Source: Podarcis erhardii
Lineage: Eukaryota
Reading direction: 5' to 3' (one strand)
DNA: 64,000 nt
NCBI GenBank assembly: GCA_964252035.1
Contig: OZ176200.1
Shown in pieces: positions 53,626 to 64,000 of this stretch. The first letter of the stretch is position 1. Every line of letters begins with the position of its first letter. Under the pieces are notes generated by a model, which had not been told where the DNA came from, did no database searches, and worked only from the letters and a program-made list of their open reading frames with translations. Made by a program: the position numbers and the translations under genes.

Positions 53626-54323
53626 CTGTCCTCCTGCAGTAGTTTTCAAACTTTGTTTCAAAAGAACAGTGTGATTGCTCTGAAGGGTTTCCTCTATGAA
53701 GTAGCTTTTCCATTGCAGATTTTCCCCAGCTGCAGAGCATAATTTCAGTGGTCATAGAACAACTGTGATTATGTCTAAAAGGCCTAGCTGGTGTTAAGTT
53801 TCCATCAGATGGGATTTTCTTAGCAGACAAATGTACATGGAATGGATTCCCTGAAGAAACAAAATTTGAAAGCCACTATTTGGGTGCTTTATTTTTTCTC
53901 CACGTGACACTGTGGTCATATTAGTGATAAGCTTCCAAACAAGGTACATAATATATAGTGAGGGTTGCATGCACCCTGCAGTTGTGAGCTTCCATTCCAC
54001 AGCACAGGTGAACAATAACACATTGCTATGCACTGTCCAATTTAGCCACAATTCCAGTACTGTCTCTTCGGAAGAGAGGAATCTCTCCTTATTTGCTTCC
54101 AAGCACTAGTTCCTTTTGCAAAGGAATTAAATAATAATAATAATTTAGAATCAGGACTCAAAAGCAGACCATGGAGACTGAAACCCAGTCTAAGAGCAGC
54201 TTGGATATTACTTAGGCAAGAATAGGGTGCCCAAGTCTCCGGCATTTGTGCAATGTCACATCTGAAACAAAGGTTCTGCAATGAAGCCTGCCCTATCATT
54301 GTACATGGAACATAGCTGTAAAT

Positions 54324-54508
54324 CAGGGGTAGTCAACCTTTTTATACCTACTGACCACTAATGATCTTTCTTGATGTTAAAATTTCCTTACCGCCCACCA
54401 GTGCTCTATGGAAGGAGGATTCAGCTTGTGCCGTAGAACCCCCTACTGCCCATCTAGAATTCTGAAACACCCACTAGTGGGTGGTAGGGACCAGGTTGAC
54501 AACCCCTG
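54324..54508. mobile_element. hAT (Charlie-like) MITE
   Basis: TIR CAGGGGTAGTCAACC / GGTTGACAACCCCTG; 8-bp TSD ctgtaaat / ctataaat. Confidence 0.85.
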
Positions 54509-55675
54509 CTATAAATGAATATGAAGCACTAGGAACTTATGCAGCCTGTTCCTGATCAGCAATGAAATGTTCAAAGTCACTGTAAGTGCTCATATTTTTT
54601 CACCCATGTCTCTGCATTCCAACTCAGTCTGCAAAGATCCCCATGAGTTGGTAAGTTTATATTGCTTTACATATCTGATTCTAAAGTACATCTACAGGGC
54701 TGCAATATTCAGGATCAGCAGGTGCACTGTTTCAGTTCTTCTGATCATCATAGTCCAGACATGTGGGGTGCTTCTATCTGTACTACCACTGATGGGCAAA
54801 GCTGGCACAAAACCAAGAGGGGCTGCAAAGTCTCTATTGAGCCTTTCCAGACAGTTTTTCTCCCTTAGCACTAAACCATTATTGCATCTGAACACTTCCC
54901 TGGCAACCACAGGTGACCAGGAACTGCATGCAGGTGAGTTCATCAGTTGACATAGTGCTGCATTCGTCCACTGAGCTCAGTATAGTAGCCAAGTGGGCTG
55001 CTAAAGGAGGGAAGCCCCTTCATCCATGCCCAGCATTGAAATACAGCTCTCTGCACCTTTTCTGCCAGCCTCCCGTAGGCTAGTAATTTGGGGTGGGGAG
55101 CAGGCTACCATCTTCTAGAGGGTATTTACAAGGTAGCACTAAACTCTTGCTGCTCCTGATCCAGGAAGGAGGATAATGGAAGGATAATGGAAGGAAATGA
55201 TTTAGCTTCACTGTGGGGTGCTGTATAGCATAAACCTGTTCACTAAATTGCCTACAAGGGTAGATGTCTACTCCAGCATCAGAAGGGAAGAGTGCTTATC
55301 CTTGAGAGACAAGGAGAAGAGAAACAGCAAAAGGTTCATTAAATGGAAGAGTGTTGCTGTGGAAGGAAGGAGGAACTTTGATGATGTCTCCAGTTTGCAT
55401 GGGGGATTAGAGCACAAGAATCTACCCTATACAGAATCAGACCACACACTGACTGGCATTAATTTCCCATGTTTGTAGCAAGACGCTGAAGATGCTGGGG
55501 ACTGATCCTGTGACACTTTGCATGTTCTATGTTCTAGACCCATGGTTTCCAAAATGGGGCAAACGCCCCACAGAGGGCAATTTGATTTTTAAGGGGGGCA
55601 ATTCGAGAATGAGTTATTAACAGTGAATGGCCTTTTAGGCTTCCTCCACGTGAACAGGAGTTCACTTTTTGAATA

Positions 55676-55994
55676 CAGTGGTGCCCCGCAAGACGAATGC
55701 CTTGCAAGATGGAAAACCCGCTAGATGAAAGGGTTTTCCGTTTTGGAGGCGCTTCGCAAAACAAATTTCCCTATGGGCTTGCTTTGCAAGACGAAAACGT
55801 CTTGCGAGTTCCTGCGGGGTTTTTTTCCTCCCCCCCCCCTTTTCTAAGCCGCTAAGCCGCTTATCAGCTGATCCGCTAAGCCGCTAAAAGCGCTAATCCG
55901 CTAATCCGTCAATGGGCTTGCTTCGCAAGATGAAAAAACTGCTAGACGAAGAGACTCGCGGAACGGATTAATTTCGTCTTGCGAGGCACCACTG
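55676..55994 (-). mobile_element. Tigger/pogo-like MITE, family B
   Basis: Reverse complement of 20300-20623; TA TSD. Confidence 0.9.
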
Positions 55995-57107
55995 TAATAA
56001 GAATTATATGTCACCGGTGTGTGTGTATCAGAATTTTAGAGATGCTTATGTGGGTCGTGGCCAAAAAAAGATTCTAGATGCTAGATGAATGACTCCCTGC
56101 TATAGAATACTTATCCTCTGCCATTAATCTTTTAAAAACAAAACTAAGAATTAAACTTAAAAACAGTTTATAAAATGGTGCATGTAGCAGCACCAGAGAT
56201 TTCTATCACTCACTGGACAGGTAGGCACTGTTTTATACCAATGACACCAGTTAACATATCTTCCACACTGTATTCTCAATTTCATTGCTAGCTGGGGGGA
56301 AGAATAGGCTTTCCCCAGTAACAAGTATTTGTCCACCACACAAACACCAGCTGCACATTTCTTCCTACAAATAAGGAGCTGTAAAGGCCCAAAACTTGCA
56401 TGTCTTTCCTTGTGACATTTTCCATGCTGAATGTTTTCAACAGAGAAAGTAGAAAAGCCTTAGATTTCAATTGTCCATTTTAAATTAAATCCTTGCTCAT
56501 TCTTGAGCAAGAGAGGCTGAATTAAGGTGTGAAAAAAGAAAATAACTCAAGGAAGCATAAATTCTAACTCTCTTGCATCCAATTTACAGGGGCACAAAAA
56601 GATATCTTTCACTATTTTTTTATTTCTCTTTCTCTGGAACAAGGTGGAAGACAATAGGCCATTGACATGAACGGTAATTGTGCAAGACCATAGCAAGACA
56701 GTGTTTTAAGACACACAGTGTCTCATATTACAGAAGTCCCTTTGTGTCTAACAGGCTTTGTAAGCCTCAGTGTGATTATACAATATACCCTTATACACCC
56801 AAAAATTTTCATTTTACAACCATAGCTGAGACCAGTACAAATGTATTTCTTAGGAACATATATTACACTAATATTTAGTTGAAGCATAAATGAGGGTATG
56901 CTATTTTTACCATTGAATTCCTTTGGTCTTTATAAACATGTCAGCTTTTATGTCATTATATATGAAAACTTTTCTATTTCCACTTTCTCATATCTTGTTT
57001 CAAACAGTGGAATAAGAAATCTGTGTCATTCCACTCTTTAAAAATGCTTGTGGCACAATGACCTGGTTTGGATGATTGAGATTTATGCCTGTACGTACAA
57101 TCCTTAC

Positions 57108-57306
57108 AGTGAGCCATGATTAAATCAAGAAGGCTTCAGCCACATTTCATCCCAAACAGGAAACTATGGTTACCAGCTTTGAAACAAACCAGGATCATAA
57201 ACCAATTTTTAACTTGGCTTGCTCCAAAGCTGGTAACCATAGTTTCCGGTTTGGGATGAAATGGGAAACAGTGGCTGAACACTTCCTGATTTAATCATGG
57301 CTCACT
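57108..57306. repeat. about 200-bp foldback inverted repeat (probable MITE)
   Basis: 57143-57181 pairs with 57225-57263 (39 bp, 1 mismatch); outer arms agtgagccatgattaaatca / tgatttaatcatggctcact perfect over 20 bp. Confidence 0.85.
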
Positions 57307-58076
57307 ATTAAAAAGCTGGGGGGGGGGGAGAGAGATAAGATTTCTGCATATTACAGCCAACGTAGAACAAATGTAGCCTTTTTTTTTAAAGTGTTCATTT
57401 TTAAATACATCACTAGAGTTAGTGATAGACTTCAGACAGCTTATGAAAAAAGAATGAAGCAAATTCAAAGGATGAACCTACTAATGTCATGATAACTAAA
57501 CGGAACCATTTCATCTGTCTTCTAATTATCAGATTCTGGGAACAAGAAACAGAAGCACCACAGCTCCGTCTTGCAATGGCTAGCAGTTGCCTTGTGGATT
57601 TTTGGCTCCGCCCCAAAACAGTAAAACCTGTATTACAAGCTGCTTTTGAAATTCTTTTCAGCTCCTAAAAGAGTCTGCCAGGAGGCATGGGAAGCTACTG
57701 TTTGAGAAATATGAGACTAAAGTTCACTGACTAGTTAAGATACCTTATTTTAAGCCCTGAAGACAGAGGTGTTGTTTTGCTAACAAAAAAAAACCTCTCG
57801 TGTTATTAAAGCGATTCTGTAAAACTTGAAGGCAGCAGGAGTTTGATTACAAACTAACCAATATCTTAGCACCGTGTCTATAGATCATTGTTAACAAAGA
57901 GAAGATGCAGGTTCCTTTTGTTCAACATTATATTGGTTCCATCTCTTTGTTACTACAGAAATGTATTTGAGGCTAGATTTGCCAGACATGGCTTCTAATA
58001 TTTAGCTAAATAGGTCAGGACTCAAATGGCTGTACCATTTTCTGTTTACACATTGGGGCTTTTAAAAATATATATA

Positions 58077-58319
58077 CAGTGGTAACTTGAGTTACATACG
58101 CTTCAGGTTACATACGCTTCAAGTTACAGACTCCGCTAACCCAGAAATAGTACCTCGGGTTAAGAACTTTGCTTCAGGATGAGAACAGAAATTGTGCTCT
58201 GGCGGCATGGCAGCAGCGGGAGGCCCTATTAGCTAAAGTGGTGCTTCAGTTTAGCTAATAGTTTCAGGTTAAGAGCGGACCTCCGGAACGAATTAAGTAC
58301 TTAACCCGAGGTACCACTG
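58077..58319 (+). mobile_element. Tigger/pogo-like MITE, family A
   Basis: TIR cagtggtaactt / gaggtaccactg; TA TSD; high identity to 32640-32876. Confidence 0.9.
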
Positions 58320-58878
58320 TACCTCCTTCCCGCACTACGTCACCTCCCACCTCCCATGTTGTTCCTGAAGGAGCTGCCCAGAGCAGAATTCAATGTGGCG
58401 AAAAGTAAGAAGCACAAAAAGTAAGAAACAAGAACATATTACTTATATTTAGGAAGGTATTGTGATAGAAAGTCTGCCGTCTCAGGAAACGAAGAATTAC
58501 TAAACAGATCATGGCAAATTTTAGTGGAATGACAGTGGTTAGGGAAGAAAGTGGAGAGAGAAAATCCTCCATCAGAGATTTGGATACTTTTTTTTTTTTT
58601 TGCTTTTAACATGTCAGGAAAGTTATATTTGGACCCTTGAAAAGAAAATGAATTAGCAACTGTGTATCTGAAGCAACTAAAAAGCTGATTTATGTAAAAA
58701 CAAAAAGCTATAATTGAAGGTGAACTTGTGGATCTAGATGTAACCAGCTTTGCTCCCTGCTCGTAGTCTGAGTTACCTTCTTATTTATTCTTATTGCTTA
58801 CTAATATTAATCCAGGCTAGGAAACAAAGTACTACAGAAAAGCCCCGATAAAATAAATATGATAAATTAAGAATGATC

Positions 58879-59167
58879 AATAATAATAATAATAATAAAT
58901 TTATTTATATCCCGCCCTCCCCAGCCGAAGCCGGGCTCAGGGCAGCTAACAACACTAAAACAATGCAACATTATAAAAACATTATAAAAATTAATTAAAA
59001 TCAAAATTGATGGCAACCATAAACTAAAGTTTCGTAAAGATTGCCAAAGGAGGGAGTCAGGCTGCGCCCTGACCAAAGGCCTGGTGGAACAGCTCTGTCT
59101 TGCAGGCCCTGCGGAAAGATGTCAAGTCTTGCAGGGCCCTTGTCTCTTGTGACAGAGCGTTCCACCA
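58879..59167 (-). mobile_element. L2-type LINE 3' end with (TAT)n tail
   Basis: (AAT)n then tttatttatatcccgccctcccc... and ctgtcttgcaggccctgcggaa..acagagcgttccacca; family assignment from recall. Confidence 0.7.
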
Positions 59168-61033
59168 AGCCAGAGAAAAATTTGAAAGCAGTGTCAATCC
59201 ACAGAAAGAAAATTCAAATACATTTCAGGTATGATTTGCATCCAGGGATAATATTATTAATTATAAGTGCAGGTATTTGCATGTGACTTGCTTGAAACGT
59301 ATTCAAAATATGCAAGGTTTTCCAGTGCAAGTCTATATGTGTATATTCAGAAACAAGTCCCATAGATCAGGGTGCAAAAGATAGCAGCCTCGCAGAACCA
59401 ATTACAATGCATAAATCTCAAGAAAAGCTGAACGAATGTTCTAATGTTCCTCTTCTTTAGGCTCCTGTTGATACTAGAATAAATTAGGATAGTATGTAAA
59501 CTGTGTTCACCTTGTGGCCTGAATCCATTCTTGGCACAGGCATATAAGCATCTGTTCTGGGGAAAAACCTTATTCTAAAAAAAATAGTTCAGAAATTTGA
59601 TTGCATTTTTTTCCAAACTAACTGCAATTCTGATAAATTATTACACCTAGTTTTAGACACCTTATCAGATTCATTGAAATCAATTTCAGGCTGCATGCAG
59701 AGAGAGTCTATTTTGATACACAGAAAATTTGAGGGAAATATAGCATTTCTTCCAACAACAGCCTCTGAGACGTATTAAAGATGACTTCTTTAGGACTACG
59801 TGCTATCTTTTTTTTAAAAAAAAATGCAGTGCAATCCAATAACGTAAGTTGTGAATACAGTGAATGTGTATATCATAAAAGTACACCTGCCACATAGCTG
59901 GGATTGCTTTGGCTTCCCGTTGAGTGGCTGCTACATAAATGGGTGAATTGAGCCTCTATATTTTGTTTTAAAATATTAACATGTTACTGAAAGTCAGGAT
60001 CCATAAGACTTGGATATGCCCAGTACAATTTGGCTTCTTCCTTTGAACAGCAGACCTGCATTCTATGAAGCTCTTGAAAATCTAGTCATATTTACAGTTT
60101 GAAATCAGTTGGCCATGAAGAACAGGCCTATTGGACAAACAAAAAAAAAAAGTGGCAGAGTAAAAATGATAAGGTGGTAAAATCAGCATTCATAAATTTT
60201 AAGACAACTGCAACAGTTTGTCAGAGGTTAGCCACTGGCTGTGCTGTGCCATTTTCTTATGTCAAAAAGTTAGGGTCGTTCTCTGCTTCATCTGTAAAAA
60301 ACTTTGAAATGGAAGTTTTGGAAACAGCTTTGAGGTGTTTTAACCATCAAGTGGCACATGAATTTTATGGAATAATAAAAGGTTTAAAGTTAATCCTTGA
60401 TGAAAATCTTGCTTGCAGCTTACGAAGGATAGTTGGGCTGGTAGGACATTTTGGTTCATGGGCTAGGAGAGTAAGAACACAAATCTACTTATGTATTACT
60501 AGTGTATCAGCTGTTCTATTCAGAAAATCAAAGCCATGTAGCCTGGCTTTCCCAGCATTTGTGCTACCGGGAGGCTCACAGTTGGGCAAGTTCTGCACAG
60601 AGCATCATTGTAAGGAAACACACAGCACTGTTGCTAGCCACTGTTTTACCACCTGAAGAGCTGAGCTTGCACTTGGCCTTTCTAGCCGTGTCAGAAAACA
60701 ATGATCTGAAGGCGCATGATGCAGAAACCTCACTGAAGCCAAGTCTGTTTGCTTCTGGTCAGCATCTTGAGGAGACAATATAGGAACCCATGTATGGCAA
60801 GTTCCATGGTGGGAAAAAGGGAGGGGGCTGATGTAAATAAATTTCTAGCAGAATATTTAAGACTGATATATGATAGTCTGAATAAGCAGTTTTGTTTTCC
60901 AGTGAACAAATAAGAAGAGACAGGGCAGTATCTAAAAAGGAGGTTTTGTGTTCCACTGAACAGATGAGGAAGATGAGATGGTTCTATCTCACAAACTCCC
61001 AATTCTAATTTCCCCACTCTACTAGCACCTACG

Positions 61034-61116
61034 AAATGCTCTGATGGCGTTTCCTGCTTGGCAGGGGGTTGGACTCAATGGCCCTTGTGGTCTCTTCCAA
61101 CTCTATGATTCTATGA
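61034..61116 (+). mobile_element. CR1 LINE 3' end
   Basis: gcagggggttggactcaatggccc..tcttccaactctatgattctatga (ATTCTATG tail). Confidence 0.85.
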
Positions 61117-63356
61117 AATCCCACAAGTCTTATTGGTCTTCCACAACTTCGCCATGGTACTGCTTTGCAATTTGAAACCCACTAGATCACTGGATGCAGT
61201 ACTTCCAAAGCAATGTACTTCCAACAATGTTTAGCTAACAAAGGCAATAGGCTAAATAGATTTTCTGTCCTTGTTAAGACTATCAATCCCTCAGCGCTCG
61301 TGAACCCAAAAGGATCCCATAAAGCTTTGAAGACATACTCATCCACTTTGAAAGCTATTCAGTCAATAGCCTAATTGGCTAGCAATATAGGAAGTTGGCT
61401 TATTAGCCACTGACATGGTTGTTGCTATGTGTCCTTCCCCACCATTTTCTGATTAGAATTTCGCAGAGTTTGAGCCAGAAAATGGGAGTAAGAGTACCAC
61501 TGAGTCTCAATTCACACCAAAGAGCACAGAACTCTGCATAATAATTTCTAAAACGCTAGCTGTGATAACAGCAACTCCTTCCCAATTGCTGTTGCATCTC
61601 CAAAGCCAGCTGAATTGTTTTTAGTGATGAATGGTTTAATTGACCCAGGATGTCTTCATTCTTAGCAGTTTTCAGCTTTCTGTAATATTGATTTTCATTT
61701 GGGAGTTGCAGCTCAAGTACAAAATCAAGAACATCAGCACTCTGGTTATGACTCATTGTCTTGAAATATTTTTTTTCAGTCTCTTCACCCATGCACAGTG
61801 TAAAAAAATATGTACTTGGCTGTATGACAATAACCATCTGAAATTTGACTGATGAATGCCACTTGAGTTTGAGACTTCATTTGGCCTGGCTACAAGCTAT
61901 GATTTGGCAGAGTGGTTCTTTCATTCCTCTGAATAAGCACCAAGAAACTGAAAACTGTCACTCCATTGTAATGGTCACTGTAGGATCCCATTTTGTCCCT
62001 TATCTTCTTCAATGTGTATATAACGATTCTGGCCTGCTTTCGAGTGTGGGAAGGATAATCGAGAGCACATTTCACCAGTGCTCCAGTGTCTGAACTACTC
62101 TTTTTGGGCACAATCACAATTCAAGTTGATTACTGTCAAGTCTTAAATAATCTAGGACAGCATTAGACTGACTGTACTCCGATAATTTCGGATGTCTTTC
62201 AGCAGCTGGGAATAGGTTGGTATGAGAATCTGCATAAATTCTGCATAAAATGTGTCCCTTTCAGGGAACAATAGAATTACTATCAAAGGGACAATGATTA
62301 GTAGACAGAGATAGGATAGTATGAAGATAAAGTTATGACAAGTTTATAAGTATTTTATGGAGAGTTAATGAAAACCAATAATTTACTCTACTGCAAGTTT
62401 TAAAAAGAAAAACCACCAAAAAATTATGCAACTAACATAGCCCACTTGTTTATGAACTTGGCAAACAACTGTTATTTTGTGTTCTCTACATTATGGTAGA
62501 ATAATGGTTATATCTTATGGTTTGGCTGTTTTGGAGAAGTCTTCTCAAAAGCATTTTCATTGCCAATACTGTATTTCTGTGTGATCTTTTAAGTTTCCTT
62601 GTTTCTTAATGAAGCCTTCAATTCAGTCTGCCAATTTAGGACACTTTTCCGTAATAAGAACAGTTTTCTTACTATAGCTTCACCTACATAGCAACTTGAC
62701 TTGGATTTCCTTCTAAACTGTGCATGTTATCTCTTCAGTTTTAATGCAAACGTGATTTTCTTAGCAGCATCCAAAACAAGCAAAAAACAAAACAAAACCT
62801 TTCCTTTTTCTTTTTCTTTTACTGAACTTCGTCCATTTTTAAAAATCAGGTTTACAGAATTGTGATATAGTCAGATCACTCATCTTTCTACCTGAGAACA
62901 GCATCAACTTCAATCTCTCTCTTTGGATGGAACACTTATCCTAAATGTGTCCCAACTCAAGAGCTTGACATCATTTCAATTTGGACATTTTTGAAGTTGC
63001 TGACTGTTGTTTTCTGGCATTCTCTATTTTTGATGGAGCTGTTTTTTGGAGCCAGGCCAGTTAACTTTCTAGGTCTTCTCTTCCTTTGGCAGTGTTCAAC
63101 ACCACATTGCGTAGCTATAAATTTAAGAATTCTGTCACTACAAATAGAATCCAACGTCATCTTATGAACCAGTCAATCGAAAAGGATGATGGAGATTAGT
63201 GTATGAATCTGTATTAATTTCACAGCAGAATGTGTCCCTTTCAGGAAACAAGAGAATGATTATCTAAGGAATAATGTATCTTGGGACGATCATTTAAGGA
63301 CTTTAGTCTGATGGCAATAGTCATCTCAAACAATAAGAGAAAGGCTTGATGAGGAT

Positions 63357-63361
<5 letters not shown>

Positions 63362-63391
<30 letters not shown>
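63362..63391 (+). repeat. (GA)n microsatellite
   Basis: seen directly. Confidence 0.9.
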
Positions 63392-63395
<4 letters not shown>

Positions 63396-64000
63396 CTTAT
63401 CATTATGATCTGTATCAGAAGATTTCCCACACAAGACTCTGTTTTCTAGCAATTTAGCACTCACTGTAAACAATATTATAATTTAGAGGGTCTGAGCTTC
63501 TTATAGATACTCATTTTCAAAAGCATCCAAAAAATAGTCTGCCATTTAAGGAGTTCTAGGCTGGTGATAATCCAGTCAGGAATACTGGCTAAGGGAGAAA
63601 AGTGAAGGGTAAGTTTTACACACCTAGAGTTTTAAAACCTACTTTGACCCTTGTGGAAATGTAAAAATTAACCAAGAGTTGTTTGTAAACTCTAAATGCA
63701 ACAAAAAGCAAAATGACACCAAGAATGGCATGCTATTTATTTTGAGGGAACTGTGGAATTGTGTTGTTGTATTCCAAACTATGAGTTCAGCACAAGTAAA
63801 ATTGTTTACCGACATAAAAGCTGTTTATGCTTGGGCTCTTCATGTGTAATGATGTATGTCAATTATATGCAGGTTTACAGACTGGTGGGGAAATTGTTAC
63901 ATGTGTTTAGTCCTCTTGTGGTAATTCAGCAGACGACTAGGGGGCTGCATGCCAACCCAAGCCCGATTCAGAGGCACATATACGTACCCTCAGCAGTCAG

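Noticed and set aside
55535-56070. Older hAT-like host element around the 55676 MITE
   Set aside because: The left end looks TIR-like, but no matching right TIR or 8-bp TSD could be identified
60099-60656. 185-aa plus-strand ORF, the longest outside the CpG island
   Set aside because: Starts at an alternative codon, crosses a poly-A run, has no recognisable motif and is antisense within an intron; consistent with chance
61556-63160. Cluster of 67-93 aa minus-strand ORFs as a nested protein-coding gene
   Set aside because: The ORFs are in different frames with frequent stops and match no protein I recognise; only the duplicated acceptor structure is supportable
53000-64000. The known conserved intron-3 poly(A) site of CSTF3 and exon 3 itself
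   Set aside because: Exon 3 (…FPSSGRFWKLYIEAE) was not found in the window. The known site lies near the 5' end of intron 3, so it is probably beyond position 64000.

Overview
Vertebrate genomic DNA from a squamate reptile, most likely a lacertid lizard. This is inferred from Sauria SINEs, Bov-B LINEs with a (CAA)n tail, CR1/L2 tails and lacertid-type MITEs. The window holds the DEPDC7 - TCP11L1 - CSTF3 cluster, which as I recall is syntenic with human 11p13. DEPDC7 (+) has coding exons 3-9 (1565-6435), with one GC-AG intron. TCP11L1 (+) is complete: CpG-island exon 1 ends at 11439 and the CDS is 17841-28406 in 9 exons (506 aa). CSTF3/CstF-77 (-) has exons 4-21 (52784-36722); exons 1-3 lie beyond the right edge. 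All exon sets were spliced by hand and stay in frame to the expected stop codons. The rest is intron or intergenic DNA rich in transposon relics: Bov-B, CR1, L2, Sauria SINE, several TA- and 8-bp-TSD MITE families, and a decayed DIRS tyrosine-recombinase retrotransposon between the two convergent genes. I found no clearly new biological system. The best leads are (1) an upstream strong-Kozak ATG in TCP11L1 exon 1 that is in frame with the CDS except for one TGA, (2) a candidate 62-nt poison exon in CSTF3 intron 16, (3) a pair of paralogous splice-acceptor cassettes in CSTF3 intron 3, (4) a 50-bp templated insertion with a 22-bp duplication, and (5) the DIRS relic. Coordinates were counted by eye. 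Exon boundaries should be exact or nearly so; ends of old repeats are approximate. Gene and repeat identities rest on recalled sequences, not database searches.
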